This document shows, in pieces, positions 59,131-64,000 of a stretch of 64,000 bases of DNA (positions within the stretch are counted from its first letter, which is position 1; every line of letters starts with the position of its first letter). Below the pieces are notes generated by a model, which saw nothing but the letters and a program-made list of their open reading frames with translations, was not told where the DNA came from and ran no database searches. Source of the DNA: Oikopleura dioica (lineage: Eukaryota > Animalia > Chordata); assembly GCA_907165135.1 (NCBI GenBank), contig OU015566.1, forward strand, positions 3,782,001-3,846,000, in the 5' to 3' direction. A program made the position numbers and the translations under genes.

Positions 59131-60049
59131 TTGAAATAAAAAATCTACTTTTTATTTATAGTCAAAACACGCAAACCTAAGTCGATTGTACAGTTGGATA
59201 AACAAGATTCTGATCACCAACGTCATGCTTCCAGTATTTGTAACTTACAAATTTTGTAAGTATGATCAGTCTCCCATTAGGGTGGCTCACTTTTTCAACA
59301 ATTTCTCATCAAAAGAAATTGAAGAAGAATCAACTGTGAACCCTTCTGATTTCGAATAAGACGTCATAATTACGAGCGCAAATGTCCCAATGATTCGTTT
59401 TTCAATGAGCCTGGTGCGCGATGCATTCTACGATATTTACATACTCGTAATGCGGAGAGTTAATATTTGCCCTTTCCATTCTCATCTTGCACCATTTCTC
59501 GCAAAAAATAGCCTTATTCTTGGATAATTTTCGTGGTTTCTTCCGACGAGAGATTGCTAATAAGAAGAAACGAAGGGGATCGAAAACATGGCCCAGCCAA
59601 ATGGGCCACGTAAAAGCGGCGCAACGATGAGTTCGTACTCTCCGGGTTTTCCTCAACCAGGTATTATTTTCATCAAAAATTTTAATTAAGTTAGAATAAA
59701 GTTTCATTCTCAAAATTTTTTAAAACTGCAATCAAAACTCCAATAAGCTCTTATAAGTAACGTAAACTTAGGTAAAACCGTTTTAAGGCTCTCCACCTCC
59801 ATTTTCCGGGGGCTACGCACCGTCCACTATTTACTCAGTTATGGTCACAGAAAAAGAAAAAAAAATCAGAAAATGCATGAATCACGCACTTTTCCACTAT
59901 TCCACGAAAATTGTCATGTGGCTCTTTTTCGGGGCCACAAATGTTCGAATTCGAACTCTATTAAAAGAAGTACAAAAGAAGAATGTTTGACCTTCTGAAT
60001 AAAAAAAAAACTGAGACCAAAGTTAGCGCCTGTAAATCCTCCTCTAGGA

Positions 60050-61440
60050 ATGAATCCACATGCGACTTATGGAGCGCCTTTTTACACGACGAATCCTAGT
60101 GGGATGATGCACACTGGAATGGTAAAATAAAACATCGCCAAAGTCCCCTAACTCTATCAAAAGACACCAAAATCGGGAAATACAAGACGAGGCAACACAA
60201 GTCGGCCAAGCGATGTCGTTTGCTGCGATCAGACATATGCAAAATCAAAGCAAGGGATTTTCAAGCTGGTGATGTTGATCGGTAGCTTCATCGCTTGGGT
60301 TTGCTGCGCTACTACTCCTTATGTCAAGGTATGTCTAACTACTCCTTTCTTTTTTGCCATCGTTTTTCTTCAGAGAATCTACCCAATTGGCGGTGTAACA
60401 TGGCCCTTCCACATGGTCATGTTCTTCACCGTCACGGCGAATCTCGCCTTGATCGTCGTCTACGCCATATTTACCTCTGGATACCACAGACGTCGCAAGC
60501 GCAAACCATGGCCAACTTACGAGGTGATAAACTTTTTCATAAACTTCATGTAGAACTTCTGCAACGATGGTTGTTTTCAGTTGTATTTCAACATTTGGCT
60601 CATTTGTTGGTTCTTCAGCGCGGCGATGATTGAATCGTTTCATGCTTGGCGATGGCATTATGGGCCCTACACGGCGGCGAGTTATCCAGGTAAAAAATCG
60701 CATGTAGAACTTATTCTCACTTTCCTCTTTTAGGAATGGACACAAACAAGTACTCCCACACATCATACAGTCAGCCTCAATCGAATGTTCCAACATCGTA
60801 CTACTCCGGCTGGGACATGAAAGTTTGGTGCCAGCGATATCCGGTAATCATAATCAAAATCCGCTTCTCTTGATTTCAACCGATTTCTAGGCCGATTGTC
60901 AGCGAAGAATGAACGCAGCTCTGTACTACAATCCCTGGTGGCCGACTCACATTTGGATTTGCATCAATCTTTGGATTCTAGGTAACCCTTTCCATTTTCG
61001 ATAAAAATTCAAATTGAACCCTTTCAGTGATCGTTTCTATCGTCGCGACAGTGTATGCATGGAAAGTAAACAAGATGTACAAAGATTTCATCGACGGAGT
61101 GAACGAGAAAGTGAAAGATATGTCGACCAAGAAAGACATCAACACAAACTACATGGATCAAATGCTTTCCAAGCTCTCAAAACCAAAGAAAAACGCAAGC
61201 GCGGTAAGCCAAAGTCCCTTATCTTCAATTCTTATTGCTCTTTAGTCCTCTCAGAAATCGCTTCTTTCGAAAAAATCGACAACAAAACCGCGAACATCCT
61301 CTTCCAACGAATCCAAAGAAAAGCTTCCGCGAACTTCATCGGCTTCCAAAGAACGCATCAATTCTACTTCGACGAAAAAGCCAAGAATGAGCAGCTCCCA
61401 TTCCAGACGCCCTTCTGTAAATGACACTATTGAAATATAA
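60050..61440 (+). CDS. MARVEL-domain membrane protein (MAL/plasmolipin/CMTM-like)
   Basis: DQTYAKSKQGIFKLVML followed by four hydrophobic segments; GT-AG introns keep frame; Ser/Lys-rich tail. Confidence 0.75.
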
Positions 61441-61871
61441 ATCAACGTTTTTCTTTGAAAAAAAGCTCTTTTCCTTCAAGCAAGCCGAAGTTAAAACTTT
61501 AGTCAGAATTTGTAAAGAAGCCGCGCAGCGGCTTTTTCAACGATCAAAGCCGTAAATTGGCTTCGCCATAGCTTCCAAGATAGATGGACGAATTAGAAAT
61601 CTAGTTATCGAGGGTTTAAATGCTCCAGAAAAGTCCGCAGGGCCCCTCAGGGGCTCATCTCGACAACAAATTAAGTCAGTCTCGAGACTGAGCAAAATTA
61701 TGACCTCACGGAGGAACAAATCTCCGAGGATCAGGCGCGTCTCTCAAATATCGCCGTACAAAAGTGTCTGTCTCCAGATTCGATCACGATCGCTGTCTCA
61801 GATCGCCCCTTATCTATCTGATAAACTTCTCAGTTTTTTCGTGAATGTATTTCGAAACGATGGAAAACCGA

Positions 61872-63830
61872 TCAGAGAGGTAAATCAGGACGAAGTTGAA
61901 AAAAGGCGCCGACGAGGTAGAGACTGCCCGTGATCAGGACGGTCGTGATTTCGGTGGGGAGGTTTTCGAGGGATTCGTTGACCGAGTTGAAACGCAACGT
62001 TTTGAGACCCATTTTCGTGGCGGTGGATTCGATTTCGTTGATTTTTTCGAGTTGCTAAAAGGTATGTAGTATTTTTTCTGAAGAATAAGGTACCTTTTCT
62101 ATTGGGAAATTCTTGTCCGGAATCTGCGATTTCTCCGTCGTTTTTGCAACATTGGGAGAAAGTATCAAATATGACGGTTCCAAATCGGCGACGATGTCGA
62201 TCAAAGGCTTCACTTTCCGGTCTTTAGTCACGTTCATCAAGACTGCCAGGTTTCCTTCTTTCATTTTCGCAGCCCAATTAACGCATGGTCGCAGCGATTC
62301 TGAAGAAGATCAGATGTTATCCACAGACCGGTAATGCCAGATATTCGCGTTAGAGCAGATATAGTAATTGGGGAAATAATGAGCCCCGCTCCAGCTATTC
62401 TGGACCAAAAATAAAAGGAGTTCTTATTTGAACCTAGTCACTCCCTGCTCAAATCATTGGAGAGCGCCGACCAAAAAGACTTATTCCGTAAATCCCGGTT
62501 CTACCGGAGAATTCGTTAAGGAAACCATAAGTTACCCTCTAAGTGTATTGGTTGGGCACTTATTATTTCTTTGCAGACTAGAAATCACCCGTTGTCACTT
62601 TAATTCGGTCCGGTCTCCGTCTGGACATGAATCCATTCAACCTCGGAAAAGGGAGCCAAGAGATAGTCAATTGCTAGCTGAGATTTATCGGCTATCGATG
62701 TTACAACTCTAGGACAAGTTTTAACTAAAAGAAGATTCAAAAAGAAAGCCTAAAATTTGATATGAAATTCCAAGTAAGCTTCGTTAGCTGTACTTATCGA
62801 AGACAATTACATGAATATACCATGATTATGACTATTTCGACTGTTACTACCGGCAGTAATCTACCGTAGAATCGTAAGTTCCTTTGGCGAAAATTTGTGT
62901 TTCCTTACCTAGAGTGTGCGCTCCATCAAGCAAAACTTTCAGCTTCCTTTCGCCGGTATTGTGCCAAACGATCTGTTGTCGCCCAGGCCAAAAGGTCTTA
63001 TTCAACCCTTCCATTTCTTCCTTCGTCGCGGCTTCGTCCAGCGACTTCCCAAAGAAAGTCCGAACGGCTGTGAGCGCAACGGAAGCGTTGCACTTCATCG
63101 GCCCTTCTTTTCCATACAACGATTCGCGCAAGTTCTCGGAAGGGATGAGAAGAGGCGTAATGATCTTCTTTGCTTCTTCGAGCAGCGTTTTGTGAGCTTC
63201 CGTGTACTCCTGGCGCGTAGAAATGAGGGTGGCGTTTCTACGGAAGATTCCGGCTTTTGCGCGAGAGATTTCTTCGATTGTGTGGCCGAGGATGGACATG
63301 TGGTCGTAGCCAAGAGCTAGAATTGAGGTTTATTTGAGATAGAAAAATCTGAAAGCCGATGAAAAACGAAGAAATTAGGAAAATTTTGGAGCCCAACCAG
63401 TTATATAACTCCCTTATGAAATTTAATTACCAGCGCGGTGGTAACAAAAACATTCACCGTGCTAGAAACTGACCTGTGACGCAACAGACACGCGGCATAG
63501 GCCCGACTGGGAACAGCGAAGTCGTGCAAAAAGTGCCCCCGATTCCCACTTCCAAAATGACCACATCGACTCTCAGCCTCGAAAAAGCGTGAAAAGCGAC
63601 CAACGTCAAGAACGAAAAATAGGCAGGGCGCTGCTCTGGCTTCAGTTGCTCGTAAATGTGGTGGAAGCTGAAGGCGAAATCTTCGTCGGAAATCGGCTTT
63701 CCGTCGATTCTGATGCGCTCGTTCACTTTGCATAAGTGGGGAGACGTGAATAGGCCGGTTCTGAAGCCTTTTTCGCGGAGTAAACTGTCGATCATCGCTG
63801 ATGTTGTCCCCTTTCCCTGAATTTAATGAT
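61872..63830 (-). CDS. FPGS: Folylpolyglutamate synthase (5' part lies beyond the window)
   Basis: GKGTTS, GLFTSPHL, ERIRIDG, ILEVGIGG, LGYDHMSILG, KAGIFR, WPGRQQ, LDGAHT, TGSLYLVG. Confidence 0.93.
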
Positions 63831-64000
63831 GAGGTAAGATGAAATTAAAAAACTTCACTTGAGGCAAATTTTCATAAAAATTTTTTTCGTGCTCAGAAGA
63901 TAGAGCAGAAAATTCTGAATCGAATAGGCTAGATTTGCCCCGAAAATTTTGACTTTATGACGTCAAAAATTACGTAATAAAGTCCAGATTAGGGCATCTT

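Noticed and set aside
62301-62910. Nested gene or snoRNA in the long FPGS intron
   Set aside because: Only short ORFs; no convincing C/D or H/ACA boxes with terminal stems.

Overview
Compact, AT-rich, intron-dense eukaryotic (animal) DNA. Very short introns, repeated non-canonical GA-AG introns, an intron-containing connexin and a catalytically dead secreted PLA2 suggest the larvacean tunicate Oikopleura (inference, not verified). All gene models were assembled by hand from splice signals and reading frame, so exon borders are approximate. Recognisable genes: GAL3ST-type sulfotransferase, TTC39, an intronless RING protein, a carotenoid oxygenase, LARP6, tRNA-Trp(CCA), an SDR, RFC5, KLHDC10, a connexin, ABCB1/P-gp, a PLA2-like protein, an intronless actin, a MARVEL protein and FPGS (runs off the right edge). 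There are also many lineage-specific secreted or membrane proteins and at least six families of small inverted-repeat elements. Best leads: (1) a 1.7-kb non-autonomous LTR element inserted in a coding exon, carrying a repeat-spacer array of small hairpins; (2) a tandem paralog pair with an N-terminal TM and coiled coil, one ending in a GPI-like signal (tetherin-like topology) and the other in a chitin-binding domain; (3) a candidate secretin/VIP-like prohormone; (4) GA-AG introns with an AG|GAAAG donor and introns bounded by inverted repeats; (5) MITE families carrying bZIP-type palindromes around RFC5. Several single-base frameshifts in homopolymers look like assembly errors.
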